Positions 17,650 through 28,039 of a stretch of DNA of 55,859 bases are shown here, piece by piece. The notes beneath the pieces were generated by a model. The model did not search any database, was not told the DNA's origin, and worked only from the letters and a program-made list of their open reading frames with translations. Every line of letters starts with the position of its first letter. Positions within the stretch are counted from its first letter, which is position 1. Source of the stretch: Candidatus Zambryskibacteria bacterium RIFCSPLOWO2_02_FULL_39_26. Lineage in GTDB: Bacteria > Patescibacteriota > Minisyncoccia > Phycocordibacterales > DATDWN01. The stretch is taken from the NCBI GenBank assembly GCA_001825395.1, contig MHWN01000005.1, positions 1-55,859 of the forward strand, given 5' to 3'. Made by a program: the position numbers and the translations under genes.

Positions 17650-19065
17650 ATGTTATTAATTATAAAGTTGAAGCAGGAGATACATCAGTTTTCTAAATGG
17701 TTTAAAGTTTTATTTTTTGTAATGATTGCAATCTATATATTACTTTGGCTTTTTACCATATATCTTTCTCGTGTACAAATTGAGAGGGGAATTGAACCTG
17801 TTTTACCCGGGGCTTCAAAAGATAGTATAGAGTACATTGCTCTTTCGGAGTCTTTAATTAATAACAGTGGATTAAATTTTAACGGAAGGGTAGAAACATT
17901 AAGATTGCCGGGCTACCCTTTGTTTGCTGCCTCTATTAAAACTATAGCAGGGTCTTATTTCGCTGTAACTTTAGTTCAAATAATACTTGTTTTCGCTTCG
18001 GCTATTATCATTCGCAGAATCGGCATTTTCTTTTCTTCAAAAAATGTGGGGGAAATTGCTGCGACTTTATTTATAATAAACCCAGTAACCGCCACATTGT
18101 CCCTTTTTGTTCTGACAGACGTTCTTTTCCTTTTTTTGTTTATAATCGGGTTTTATTTGGCGATAAAGATAAACAACCAGAAAATTTTCTGGAGGATTTT
18201 TTTGGTTTCCGTATTTTTTATCTTGGCAATTTATGTAAGAGGAATGGGAATTTTCGCTTTGCCGATTTTCATTGTCCCGTTATTAGTAGCTAGAGTTCCT
18301 TTTAAACAACAATTACGTCTGATTGGCATTATTTTGCTTTTTATTGCTATTTCGGTTACGCCGTGGATTATTAGAAATTATGTCAAAGTTGGAGTTGCTA
18401 GTTTCAATTCATTCGAGTCGGTCAATATGTCCTGGTCTATTCCAAAGTTTTTAGCTGTTATAAACGGAACGAACGAAGGTGATGAAATTATAGCTTTTCA
18501 AAAAGCTACGGGCGTTCCTGATTCTGCTTGGCAAGATTTGTCCTGGCACGATATCCGATATTCAAAACAAATAAGCGCTATTGGGCGAAAGGCGATTCTG
18601 GATCATCCTTTTTCCTATCTCGAGTTTCACCTAATCACTTCTACTCCTTTTCTTTTTCCATCATCAATCCTTTTCGCCCGAGACGCTTATGATTCGGTCA
18701 TTCAAAATGAAAGACCTTTTGTTTACGGATCTATCAATTCCTTAACCACCGGTGATTGGAAGGGATTTTTCCAAGGTATTTTGAAAGACTGGTGGAAGTT
18801 GGCCGAGAGGATAGGCTGGCTCATAGCCCTTATTATCGCTTTTTATGGCATTTGGAGGGACAGGCGGAACCATTTAGTTTGGGTCTTTGTCTTCATTGTA
18901 GGGTACTTAATGCTTCTTTCCGGGCCTGCCGCCGGTCCGCGACTTTCTTTTCAAGCCTGGCCATTTATATTCATCCTTTTTGCTTCAGGGGGAGTGAGTA
19001 TAATTAAAAAATTAAAAATTCAAATTCAACAGTCGAAAATACAAGTTAAAAGTAAAAATTTATAA
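17650..19065 (+). CDS. GT-C-like polytopic membrane glycosyltransferase (hypothetical)
   Basis: 471 aa with about 11 hydrophobic segments and an RLPGYPLF loop motif, as in ArnT/PMT_2 proteins. Has the same 19-nt promoter-like motif as the 10030 gene. Confidence 0.5.
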   Translation: MLLIIKLKQEIHQFSKWFKVLFFVMIAIYILLWLFTIYLSRVQIERGIEPVLPGASKDSIEYIALSESLINNSGLNFNGRVETLRLPGYPLFAASIKTIAGSYFAVTLVQIILVFASAIIIRRIGIFFSSKNVGEIAATLFIINPVTATLSLFVLTDVLFLFLFIIGFYLAIKINNQKIFWRIFLVSVFFILAIYVRGMGIFALPIFIVPLLVARVPFKQQLRLIGIILLFIAISVTPWIIRNYVKVGVASFNSFESVNMSWSIPKFLAVINGTNEGDEIIAFQKATGVPDSAWQDLSWHDIRYSKQISAIGRKAILDHPFSYLEFHLITSTPFLFPSSILFARDAYDSVIQNERPFVYGSINSLTTGDWKGFFQGILKDWWKLAERIGWLIALIIAFYGIWRDRRNHLVWVFVFIVGYLMLLSGPAAGPRLSFQAWPFIFILFASGGVSIIKKLKIQIQQSKIQVKSKNL

Positions 19066-19095
19066 AAATATTAAACACCGAGTGTTTAATATTTT
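19065..19095. repeat. REP-like hairpin copy 1 (14-bp stem, CGA loop)
   Basis: AAAATATTAAACAC-CGA-GTGTTTAATATTTT lies between the convergent genes. Core ACACCGAGTGT is shared with 19586-19596 and 19794-19804. Confidence 0.85.
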
Positions 19096-19772
19096 TATAA
19101 ATCTGCAAGGTAAGAATTATCCAAATTCTCCTTTAGTTCTTTCGCCGTACTGGATTTTACAAAATTATCATATTCTTCCTTGTTTGAAAATTGACCAAGA
19201 ATTATATCTTGAACGAGTAACACACCCCATCGATTATTTGTGACATAATCTTGATAACTTGACCACGGATAGAGATGTTCTTTGCCTTTCCATTTTGAAA
19301 TTTCTCTGGGATTTCGGTGTATATATGTAGAAAGGTATAATAATTGATTGTTATTTTTTATATGAATTGCTTTGTATGGACCTTGAAATAAATGTCCAGA
19401 TTTTTTATGTTTTGTGTTGAAATATTTTGTATATGCATTAAGAACTCTTTGCATATAATTTGATATTCCATTTTCCTCGATTTCTTTAATAGTAATATGA
19501 AAATGATTTGGTTCTAGGGTGAAAACGATAAGCTCCACGCTTCTGTTTCTTATCATTTTTTCCAGCATTTTTCCAGAAATATTAAACACCGAGTGTCTAA
19601 TAAAGTAGGTGATAAAAGAACCAATATTATATATTGAAATGTTCGACTGAAAGTAAATTAATAAAAATAAAAATCTTGCGTAGTCTCTGTTGTCTAAAAA
19701 TATTAATTGTTTATTGTTTCCTCTATTAAGTACATGGTAGTACTCTTCCGGGACTATTTTGATTCTTCTCAT
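19095..19772 (-). CDS. REP-associated tyrosine transposase (RAYT) / IS200-like Y1 transposase
   Basis: YHVLNRGNNKQLIF N-terminus, HUH motif EPNHFHI, and catalytic Tyr region YLSTYIHRNP. Confidence 0.75.
   Translation of the reverse strand: MRRIKIVPEEYYHVLNRGNNKQLIFLDNRDYARFLFLLIYFQSNISIYNIGSFITYFIRHSVFNISGKMLEKMIRNRSVELIVFTLEPNHFHITIKEIEENGISNYMQRVLNAYTKYFNTKHKKSGHLFQGPYKAIHIKNNNQLLYLSTYIHRNPREISKWKGKEHLYPWSSYQDYVTNNRWGVLLVQDIILGQFSNKEEYDNFVKSSTAKELKENLDNSYLADL
19581..19601. repeat. REP-like hairpin copy 2, imperfect, inside the RAYT coding sequence
   Basis: ATTAAACAC-CGA-GTGTCTAAT. The left arm equals the copy-1 arm and the right arm equals the copy-3 arm. It encodes FIRHSVFNI. Confidence 0.8.
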
Positions 19773-19781
19773 ATCTTGATC

Positions 19782-19816
19782 ATAATATATTAGACACCGA
19801 GTGTCTAATATATTAT
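19782..19816. repeat. REP-like hairpin copy 3 (16-bp stem, CGA loop)
   Basis: ATAATATATTAGACAC-CGA-GTGTCTAATATATTAT, 10 nt upstream of the RAYT start codon. Confidence 0.85.
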
Positions 19817-19849
19817 GTACTTTCTCTTTTTGCTACTGTGGTTTAATAC

Positions 19850-20713
19850 TTATTTGAGAAATTTTCTCGGGGAAATTTTGAGGTCAATTAGAACATTTTG
19901 ACTTAGAGGTTCTTTTTTTGAGAGCATTCTTTGCATCTGGTCGGGAGCAAGTATTTTTATAATTTTAGAAAAGAAGAAAAAAATAATTTTAGCTAAAAAA
20001 GTTGGTATAGGTATGAGTATTTTTCTGGTTTTATTTTTATTTAATACTCGGGACAAAACTTCTTTAGTGGATAATATTTCTGGTCCATTCAGTGTGTAAG
20101 TTTTAAAAATGGTTTCTTTATTGTCTACTGTAGCTATTATACTGTTTACCACGTCATCTTTATGGATTGGTGAAAATTTAATGTTATTGTCTGTCAAATA
20201 AGGCAAGATCGGACTTTTTCTGGCTAATTTTACCAAACTTGCCAAACCTTCTTTTCCTTCAAAATTATCACTATAGGACGGCCCAACGCGCAAAATGGTA
20301 TATGGTACTTTACTTCTTTTTAAAATTACCTCGGCTTCCATTTTGGATTTTCCGTAGGCTCCGCAGTTTTTGCCAACTGCTGAAGTTGAGATAAATATAA
20401 ATTGTTTTACCCTATATTTTTCTGACACTGAAACTAAGGCAGATGTCCCGTCCGTATTTATCTTTTTATACAAGCCAATGTTTTTAGGATGCGTTACCCC
20501 AGCCAAGTGAATTATTATATCTGTTTCAAATATGGCTTTTCCCCACTCTTCCACATTTTCTAAACTGCCCTGAACAATTTTTATCTCATCACCATCTTTA
20601 GAATAGAGCGCTTTTTTGTGTTCCAGTAAAGTAATGTCGTATCTATTTTTTAAAATATCAACTAGACTACCACTTAAAAAACTACTTGCACCGGTAATGA
20701 ATATTTTTTTCAT
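19850..20713 (-). CDS. NAD(P)-dependent epimerase/dehydratase family protein (SDR)
   Basis: MKKIFITGASSFLSGSL Rossmann motif. Start set at 20713, where ATGA overlaps the stop of the upstream GT2. Confidence 0.7.
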   Translation of the reverse strand: MKKIFITGASSFLSGSLVDILKNRYDITLLEHKKALYSKDGDEIKIVQGSLENVEEWGKAIFETDIIIHLAGVTHPKNIGLYKKINTDGTSALVSVSEKYRVKQFIFISTSAVGKNCGAYGKSKMEAEVILKRSKVPYTILRVGPSYSDNFEGKEGLASLVKLARKSPILPYLTDNNIKFSPIHKDDVVNSIIATVDNKETIFKTYTLNGPEILSTKEVLSRVLNKNKTRKILIPIPTFLAKIIFFFFSKIIKILAPDQMQRMLSKKEPLSQNVLIDLKISPRKFLK

Positions 20714-21438
20714 CTTTTGAACTCCTTTATACGCCACCGAATAATATTTTTGACAAATTCAAAATTAGCCTTGAAAGAAATAAAAGATTGTCTCTCGGGA
20801 TTTTTGTGAAAATCAGTCATGATAGTACCAATCCTTATATTCATCTTTCTGACTTTTATCATTATTTCTGCATCAATAAACCAGTCGTTGGATTCAAGTT
20901 TCAGCTTGTCATAAACAGCTCGAGTGAAAAGCTTTGGTTTGCCGTTTATGTCACCCTCAATTCCAAAAAACAATATTCGCATTATGAGGTTGAATGCTCG
21001 TGATATGAATTTTCTGTACAATCCATCACCTCTTGATTTTCTTACAGCCTTGCACAAATCCAGCTCTTTTTCTTTCATGGTTCTAAACAATCGAGGAATA
21101 TCTTCCGGGGGCATTTGTCCATCGCCGTCAATAACAGTGATTGTTTTTCCGTTAGCTACCTCTAGTCCGGATCTCATATCCCAGCCCATTGCTTCTTCTG
21201 GACAAGTTTTTTCTTTGATAACAGCCTTAACTCGCGGATTTGAAGATGCAATTTCTTTGATCACTTCCGGTGTTTTATCACCAGTATTCGGTCGATAATT
21301 TCCGACCAAGACTATTTCATAATCCAAATTATTTTTAGCCAAGACATCAGAAACTCGTTTGTAAAAAATCCGGGCGAATTGACCTGATTTATAACATAGA
21401 ATTACCACTGAAATTTCAGGCAAAATGAATTTTTTCAT
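20710..21438 (-). CDS. glycosyltransferase family 2
   Basis: ISVVILCYKSG...VIDGDGQMPPED. Confidence 0.75.
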   Translation of the reverse strand: MKKFILPEISVVILCYKSGQFARIFYKRVSDVLAKNNLDYEIVLVGNYRPNTGDKTPEVIKEIASSNPRVKAVIKEKTCPEEAMGWDMRSGLEVANGKTITVIDGDGQMPPEDIPRLFRTMKEKELDLCKAVRKSRGDGLYRKFISRAFNLIMRILFFGIEGDINGKPKLFTRAVYDKLKLESNDWFIDAEIMIKVRKMNIRIGTIMTDFHKNPERQSFISFKANFEFVKNIIRWRIKEFKR

Positions 21439-21511
21439 TTGAGAATTTTAGCACAAATGACCGGTTTTTCCAACGTTACATCCTGCTTGTAATATGTTAG
21501 TATTCGCCATT

Positions 21512-22585
21512 ATGAAGATTCTTTTTTGTATAAACAACCTTGGTGTTGGTGGAGCTGAACGACTTGTTGTTGATGATATAAATGAAATGTTAAATCGGGG
21601 TTATCACGTCAGACTTCTTACTCTCAAAAATGAGCCGAAATTTTCGTTATTAGATGAATTAAAACTTCCAAAAAAGTATCGGCAAACCGTTTCTTTTAGT
21701 AGTTTTTTTAATATTTTTAATTGGATAAAAGTTTTCAATTATCTTAGAAGAGAAAAACCCAACATAGTCTTAACTCACTTATGGTTTTCCAACACCATTG
21801 TCCGAATTGTATGCAAGATGGCACGAATTAATAATGTTTTTTGCTTTGAGCACAATATTTACGATACATTAAAATCAGAAAAAATGTATAAGATCGATAG
21901 GTTTCTACAAGAATGGTCTAAGAAAATAATAGCCGTCTCCTCGGCAGTTAGAAGGTCTCTTTTGAAACACGGGATAAAAGAGAAAAATATAATCACTATT
22001 AATAACGGAATCGTCATTTCAAAATACGAAAAAAGCCAGGATATATTAACTAGAGAAAAACTCGGAATACCTAAAGACACTTTTGTATTTTTAACTATCG
22101 GCAGATTAGTTTATCAAAAAGGGATCGACATACTTCTAAAAGCTTTTGCTGAAGTTAATCATAAATCTACCCTGCTTATTGTTGGTCATGGCAAGGAAGA
22201 ATACAACTTAAAAAAATTAACAACGAAACTTAATATTGATAATACAGTTCATTTTTTAGGCACTCGATCCGATATACCGAAAATTTTATCAATCTGTGAT
22301 TGTTTTGTTTTAGCCTCCAGATTTGAAGGTTTGGGCATTGTTATTCTTGAAGCTATGGCCTCAAAGAAACCGATAATTATATCTGATTTCGAAGCCGGAG
22401 AAGATATAATAAAAAATGGAGTAGAAGGTTTGGTGGTCCCGAAAGAAAATGTTGAATCATTGAAAAATGCTATAACTAGACTTAAAAGTGATCCAAATCT
22501 AATGAAGAAACTGGCTCAATCGGCTTATGAAAAAGTCCAGGACTTTTCTATACAAAATCACGTAAATAAGATACTGAATCTATGA
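21512..22585 (+). CDS. glycosyltransferase family 4
   Basis: MKILFCINNLGVGGAERL N-terminus and SRFEGLGIVILEAMASKKPIIIS. The ORF is open from 21494. Confidence 0.85.
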   Translation: MKILFCINNLGVGGAERLVVDDINEMLNRGYHVRLLTLKNEPKFSLLDELKLPKKYRQTVSFSSFFNIFNWIKVFNYLRREKPNIVLTHLWFSNTIVRIVCKMARINNVFCFEHNIYDTLKSEKMYKIDRFLQEWSKKIIAVSSAVRRSLLKHGIKEKNIITINNGIVISKYEKSQDILTREKLGIPKDTFVFLTIGRLVYQKGIDILLKAFAEVNHKSTLLIVGHGKEEYNLKKLTTKLNIDNTVHFLGTRSDIPKILSICDCFVLASRFEGLGIVILEAMASKKPIIISDFEAGEDIIKNGVEGLVVPKENVESLKNAITRLKSDPNLMKKLAQSAYEKVQDFSIQNHVNKILNL

Positions 22586-22628
22586 TAGAATCATAGATAA
22601 TTTAAAATTTTAAATTTAAAAATAATCC

Positions 22629-23417
22629 ATGTCGTTCTCAATAGAAAAAGTAGCAAAAGATTATGTTTACAGGCGTTTTACTCGGGCCTCAACAGCCGAA
22701 AAAGAAAAAATTATTAATGATTGGGTGAACAAAATTAATGATTCCCAAGCTCTTGTAGAAGATTTTAAAGATCGGGTGGGAAATCCTGCCGGCAAAAAAA
22801 TTCTTGACGTTGGATCCGGTTCTGGAGGTGTCAGCATCGCTTTCGTTTTGGCTGGTGCAAATATGACTGGCATTGATATTGAAAAAGAGCTGTATGAAAT
22901 TGCCAAACTTCATGCTGAAAATTGCAAAGTCAAAGTAAATTTTTTTCTCTATGATGGCAATAAGCTTCCATTTTCAGATAACACATTTGACTACGCCGTA
23001 TCAGTCAGCGTGTTGGAACATACCACCTCGCCAGAAAATTATCTGTCGGAAATACTTAGAGTAGTTAAGCTGGGAGGAAAGTGTTATCTGGCTTTTCCAA
23101 ACAAATTTTGGCCGAAAGAAACCCACACAGGAATATGGGGTTTGACTTATTCCCCGGCATTTATGAGGTCGATAATTATTAAAATTTTAAGAAAGAATCC
23201 GCTGGAAGAAAATAATCTGCATTTTTACACTTATTTTGACCTAATGCGAATGATAAAAACAGTAAAGACTGGAGAATTTTCTTGGTATCTTATTCCGGAG
23301 CAAGGCAAGGCCAAATCCGGTATCAAAAAAATAATAAAAGATCTTCTATCTATCTTTGGCTTATCTTATAAAGTCTTTCTTTCTCACGTTTTAGTTATTT
23401 TGGAAAAGAGAAGTTAA
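22629..23417 (+). CDS. class I SAM-dependent methyltransferase (Methyltransf_11-like)
   Basis: Motif I ILDVGSGSGG. SVLEHTTSPENYLSEILRVVKLGGKCYL. Confidence 0.8.
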   Translation: MSFSIEKVAKDYVYRRFTRASTAEKEKIINDWVNKINDSQALVEDFKDRVGNPAGKKILDVGSGSGGVSIAFVLAGANMTGIDIEKELYEIAKLHAENCKVKVNFFLYDGNKLPFSDNTFDYAVSVSVLEHTTSPENYLSEILRVVKLGGKCYLAFPNKFWPKETHTGIWGLTYSPAFMRSIIIKILRKNPLEENNLHFYTYFDLMRMIKTVKTGEFSWYLIPEQGKAKSGIKKIIKDLLSIFGLSYKVFLSHVLVILEKRS

Positions 23418-23421
23418 TTTT

Positions 23422-24552
23422 ATGATTAGTATTAGACCAAAAGTTGCGTTAATGAGTTATGCTATGGATAATCGATCGGCCAAGGGCATTGCTCTATATA
23501 CCCGGAAACTTATAGAAGGACTGGTTTCTTCAAATGAAATTGATTTTTATTTAGTTCATTATGATGAAGTGATGGATCCCCTTTATAAAAAAGCTCATGA
23601 AATAATAATGCCCAAAGTCAGACTGCCGTACGGTTCACGATTTATTTCCCAACTTTTATTCTTTTGGAAATACAGGAAACAGCCATTTGATGTTGTGCAC
23701 TGGTTTCATCCGAGAGTTTATCCATTCTATTGGCTTGTTCCAGCAAAAAAAATTATTGTTACTGTTCACGGGGCGGGAGACATAACAGCTCCAACATATT
23801 TTGTATTTTCACGTTCGGTTTTCAATTTTATTTTAAAACATTTTCACAAATCAATAGATACAGTTATCGTTGATTCAAATTTTGCCAAGGCAGAAGTTGT
23901 TGAGCACTACGGGTTTCCAGAGGAAAAAGTCAAAGTTATTTATCTGGGAGGTGGTGAAATATACAAGTCCTTAGATAAAACCGAGTCACTAAGCGCTGTT
24001 TGGGAAAGATATGGATTCAGTGGGAATTATATTCTTGATATCTCCCGTCTTCAGCCACACAAAAATGTTTCATCCTTAATTAGAGCCTACTCTGAAATGA
24101 GGTCCAAATATTCCGAACACAACCAAAAACTCCTAATTGTGGGTGGTGGAGCTTATAAGAAAGTTTATGAATATGCCGTAGCCGATAATTCTCCATTTAA
24201 AAATGATATTATTTTTATTGAATTTGCCAAAAAAGAAGATTTGAATTTTATATATTCAGGCAGTGATCTTTTTGTTTTTCCTTCTTTAAATGAGGGTTTC
24301 GGTCTTCCAGTTTTAGAAGCAATGGCTAGCGGGGTTCCTGTTATTACCTCCAACGTAACATCCATGCCAGAAATTGGTGGAAATGCAGTTTTAACTCTTG
24401 ATCCGTTAGATGTTGCAGGATTAGCTCGTTCTATGCGGAAAGTGCTTTTAGATGGGGAACTTAGAGAGAAAATGGTAAGATTAGGGTTAGAACAAGCAAA
24501 GAAATTCACCTGGCAGTCTACGGTGGAGGAAACAAAAAAATTATACTTATAA
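23422..24552 (+). CDS. glycosyltransferase family 4
   Basis: PSLNEGFGLPVLEAMASGVPVITS. Confidence 0.85.
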   Translation: MISIRPKVALMSYAMDNRSAKGIALYTRKLIEGLVSSNEIDFYLVHYDEVMDPLYKKAHEIIMPKVRLPYGSRFISQLLFFWKYRKQPFDVVHWFHPRVYPFYWLVPAKKIIVTVHGAGDITAPTYFVFSRSVFNFILKHFHKSIDTVIVDSNFAKAEVVEHYGFPEEKVKVIYLGGGEIYKSLDKTESLSAVWERYGFSGNYILDISRLQPHKNVSSLIRAYSEMRSKYSEHNQKLLIVGGGAYKKVYEYAVADNSPFKNDIIFIEFAKKEDLNFIYSGSDLFVFPSLNEGFGLPVLEAMASGVPVITSNVTSMPEIGGNAVLTLDPLDVAGLARSMRKVLLDGELREKMVRLGLEQAKKFTWQSTVEETKKLYL

Positions 24553-24553
24553 A

Positions 24554-25408
24554 ATGCAAGATTCCTTTAATTCAAAAATGGATACACTAATTCATAATCC
24601 TCTACAAAAGACGGCTTTTCAGAAGTTGATTTTTAAAAAAGATTTGCAGATTTTCAATGTCAAAGACAAAGTTATTTACTGTGTGGAGGAATTAGGGGCA
24701 AGTTTTGATAAAAAAAGTAACGATGCTTTTGTAAATAAGATAAAAGTTTTTATTAAAAAAAGCCCGAAGATTTTTAGTTTTATTTACAACTTAATGAATC
24801 CTTCCTTTGCTAAAACAAATGCAAAAACGGTCGTAAATGATATTCCAGTGGGTAAAGTGATTCTAAATTTGGGTTCCGGAGCGACTTCCATACGTCCAGA
24901 TGTTATAAATATAGATTTTTATCCGTTTGAAAATGTTAATTTCGTGGCTGATATCGCCGATCTGCCGTTTGAAGATAAAGTTGCGGATGTTGTTATTTCT
25001 GAATGTGTCTTGGAACATACACCCGATCCAGAAAAGGTAGTAAGTGAGATCTACCGAGTTTTAAAACCAAAAGGCTTGGTTTATTTAGTGGTGCCATTTG
25101 TCTTTAGTTTTCATTCTTCTCCATATGATTTTTATAGATGGAGCAAGATGGGTCTTGAGGAACAGTTTAAGGATTTTAGAAAGATTGACTCTGGTATACA
25201 TTTTGGTTCAGGCAACGCTCTAAACTGGATTTTGGCAGAATATTTTGCCACCCTTTTCTCTTTTGGTTTTAATATGTTACATCAAATATTTTATATATTT
25301 TTTATGATTCTTTTTGTGCCACTAGGTTATTTGGATTTTTTCTTGAATAAAATAAAAACTAGTGAAAACATTGCTAGCCATATTTATTTCTTGGGACAGA
25401 AGAGGTAA
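24554..25408 (+). CDS. class I SAM-dependent methyltransferase with hydrophobic C-terminus
   Basis: ILNLGSGATS. CVLEHTPDPEKVVSEIYRVLKPKGLVYL. Confidence 0.75.
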   Translation: MQDSFNSKMDTLIHNPLQKTAFQKLIFKKDLQIFNVKDKVIYCVEELGASFDKKSNDAFVNKIKVFIKKSPKIFSFIYNLMNPSFAKTNAKTVVNDIPVGKVILNLGSGATSIRPDVINIDFYPFENVNFVADIADLPFEDKVADVVISECVLEHTPDPEKVVSEIYRVLKPKGLVYLVVPFVFSFHSSPYDFYRWSKMGLEEQFKDFRKIDSGIHFGSGNALNWILAEYFATLFSFGFNMLHQIFYIFFMILFVPLGYLDFFLNKIKTSENIASHIYFLGQKR

Positions 25409-25446
25409 TTTTCAATTTTCAATTTCTAATTTCTAAACAATTTTCA

Positions 25447-27210
25447 ATGATTAAATTTTTAATTAAAAACCATTGGAGAGCCTTGGTTCTGGCTTTTTGT
25501 GTTGGGATCATAATTTTGTTGCCAACTTTGCTTTCAATTCAAAAAATCGGATTGGATAATTTCAAAGGAATTTATCCGATGTTAAGCGATGACGAAGACC
25601 ATTATATGGCCGAAGTCAAAGAGGCCTATGACGGACATTTCAGTATGGGTAATCCGTATATCAAGGAATATAAGGAGACGCTCTATACCCAACCCCCGGT
25701 AGGGCCCGCATATTATGCTATATTTGCCAAAGTATTTAATGTTTCTGTGGGAACGGCTACCACCATAAATGATTTTATTTTGCCGTTTATCGCGGTTTTG
25801 CTTTTGTACAGCTTATTTTTTTTAATAACAAAATCAAGAAAGATATCTTTAATTTTTTCCGCAATATTTTTTATTTCCTTTACATCTTCTTTTAATCGCC
25901 TAGTTAATCCGCAACTAAGTTTTATCTTTCTTCTGTCCGGTCTCTGCCTTATATGGCTTATCGTGGATAAAAAGCATTCGAAAAAAGAATTGATTAAATA
26001 TAATTTATTATTATCGGTTATTTTCGGCATTTTAGTTTATATTTATCCATTTTATTGGATGACCATCGGAGTTGTTTATGTTTTATTAACTTCTTTCAGA
26101 GCACTAATAGAAAAGGACTTTAAATATTGTTTGCAAAATTGGATTTATTTTTTTATCCCGGCCATTCTCTGGTCCGTGCCTTTTTTGCTTCACGCCCAAA
26201 AACTTTTTATCAGTCCGCTATTTGACGAAACCAATCTGCGTAATGGGTTCATTAACACCCACATACCAGGTTCTTTCGTAAACATTGCTATTATGATTAT
26301 TTGTTTGCCTCTGGTTTATTTGATTTGGAAATTGGCAAAAAGAGAAAGATCATGGCCTGAAACAAAACTGGTCTTTCTGGGAATCTCGCTTGTTCTCGGT
26401 GGCATTATTTTGAATTGGCAAAATATTATTACCGGAAAAATTATTCAATTTGCTCCGCACTTTTATCCGATTGAGATTTTGTTTGTTTGCATTATTCTGG
26501 TCATATCAAGCTTATTTATTGATATAAAAAAACTTTCCAAATACAGTTTGGCTTTACTCTGTCTCGTGGTTATTTTTACGAGCGGAATTTTTTACAAGCA
26601 AAGAGGTGAGATTTTATACGCTCTGAAAATCATTGTTTCACCAAAAGATATTGGGACTACTCAAAATCTTGGAGATGTGACAACTTGGCTTAACGACAAT
26701 ACTCCGGGAGATTCCGTTGCCTATGTATTGGGCAAGGATTATATATGGGCTATTCCTATCTATACCCGCAACAATCTTTATTTTAACAGTAACGCCGGAC
26801 TTTCTCTCATGTCCGACACCGAACTTGAAAATAGATGGGTTATTTCTCGTTTTTTTGAGAATATAGACGAGAATGCGGTTCGGAAAGCCAGTAGAGAAAT
26901 ATGGACAAATAAATTCATTGAAACCTACCAAAGCAAGGAATCAAGAAGAAAAATTTTAAAGTTGATTATCGGCAATGCATACCCAGAGACGCCATCGGGA
27001 GATCAAAGTTATATTGATAAAGTTTTAAACGCTTACAATAAATATAAAAACATCGGTTTTGAAAAAGCGATTAAAACTTATGAAGTTGATTACATAGTTT
27101 TGGATAAATCCTATGAGAAATATCCAGAGGTTGTGGAAAAATTTAAATTTTATAGATTTTTGACTTTTTTGACACAAATTGGCGATACCTCCATTTACAA
27201 AGTAAATTAG
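25447..27210 (+). CDS. large polytopic membrane protein with C-terminal soluble domain (hypothetical; possible GT-C/polymerase-like)
   Basis: 587 aa. More than 10 hydrophobic segments in the first ~400 aa. No motif I recognise. Confidence 0.45.
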   Translation: MIKFLIKNHWRALVLAFCVGIIILLPTLLSIQKIGLDNFKGIYPMLSDDEDHYMAEVKEAYDGHFSMGNPYIKEYKETLYTQPPVGPAYYAIFAKVFNVSVGTATTINDFILPFIAVLLLYSLFFLITKSRKISLIFSAIFFISFTSSFNRLVNPQLSFIFLLSGLCLIWLIVDKKHSKKELIKYNLLLSVIFGILVYIYPFYWMTIGVVYVLLTSFRALIEKDFKYCLQNWIYFFIPAILWSVPFLLHAQKLFISPLFDETNLRNGFINTHIPGSFVNIAIMIICLPLVYLIWKLAKRERSWPETKLVFLGISLVLGGIILNWQNIITGKIIQFAPHFYPIEILFVCIILVISSLFIDIKKLSKYSLALLCLVVIFTSGIFYKQRGEILYALKIIVSPKDIGTTQNLGDVTTWLNDNTPGDSVAYVLGKDYIWAIPIYTRNNLYFNSNAGLSLMSDTELENRWVISRFFENIDENAVRKASREIWTNKFIETYQSKESRRKILKLIIGNAYPETPSGDQSYIDKVLNAYNKYKNIGFEKAIKTYEVDYIVLDKSYEKYPEVVEKFKFYRFLTFLTQIGDTSIYKVN

Positions 27211-27249
27211 AGTGTTTATGATTTGTGATATTTTGCTTTCCTGGTATTA

Positions 27250-27990
27250 TTGGATGATTGTATGAAACTTATTAATACTCTTCTTTCAAGACAGTTTCTT
27301 TCCAGGATGCGACTTTGGAGGCTTGGGCCTCTTTTTCCGTTAATGGCTAAATATATGAAAGGGGATGTATTGGATATAGGTGGCAGGGATTTTTTCTTAT
27401 TTGCCCAAAACAATAAAAAAATATCTTTCAATTCCTGGACTTCGCTGGACCTGAAGGAAAGCGCAACAAACTTTTCCGATTCTCGTTACAAATTGGTTGT
27501 GGGTGACGGAGAAAAAGCGCCGTTTGGAGATAAAAGTTTTCAAACAATTCTAAATATTCAAGTTATGGAACACACTCTTCATCCAGAGCAGATGCTTAAA
27601 GAAATTAGACGCTTACTAAAAGATGGGGGAGTGGCAATAATAGTTGTTCCTCAAAACGCCGCCATGCACGAAATACCAACCCACTACTATAATTTCACAC
27701 GCTATTGGGCGGAGAGGGTATTTTCAGAAACCGGTCTCGTTATAAAAGATTTTATCCCAATAGGTGGTAAATGGAGTACGCATGCTTCTCATATGTTTGA
27801 TTTTTTTCTGAAAGCTTTCAGGTGGGATTGGTCTTCTTCTCCGGAATACAAGCGAAATTTTCTTTTTTACCTTCTTTTTCCATTTATGTGTATTTACGCA
27901 TTCTTGGGTATAGTAATAGGACTTATTTTTTCCTTCGGTGATTTAACTGAAGACCCAAATAATCTCATTATTGTTGCTACAAATAAATAA
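27250..27990 (+). CDS. SAM-dependent methyltransferase (Methyltransf_11-like) with C-terminal TM segment
   Basis: VLDIGGRDF. QVMEHTLHPEQMLKEIRRLLKDGGVAII. The start could be the internal ATG at 27262. Confidence 0.65.
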   Translation: MDDCMKLINTLLSRQFLSRMRLWRLGPLFPLMAKYMKGDVLDIGGRDFFLFAQNNKKISFNSWTSLDLKESATNFSDSRYKLVVGDGEKAPFGDKSFQTILNIQVMEHTLHPEQMLKEIRRLLKDGGVAIIVVPQNAAMHEIPTHYYNFTRYWAERVFSETGLVIKDFIPIGGKWSTHASHMFDFFLKAFRWDWSSSPEYKRNFLFYLLFPFMCIYAFLGIVIGLIFSFGDLTEDPNNLIIVATNK

Positions 27991-28039
27991 TAAATCTATA
28001 CTCGGCGTGACTCGTTTTTTGTGTTAATATAGGCCTATT

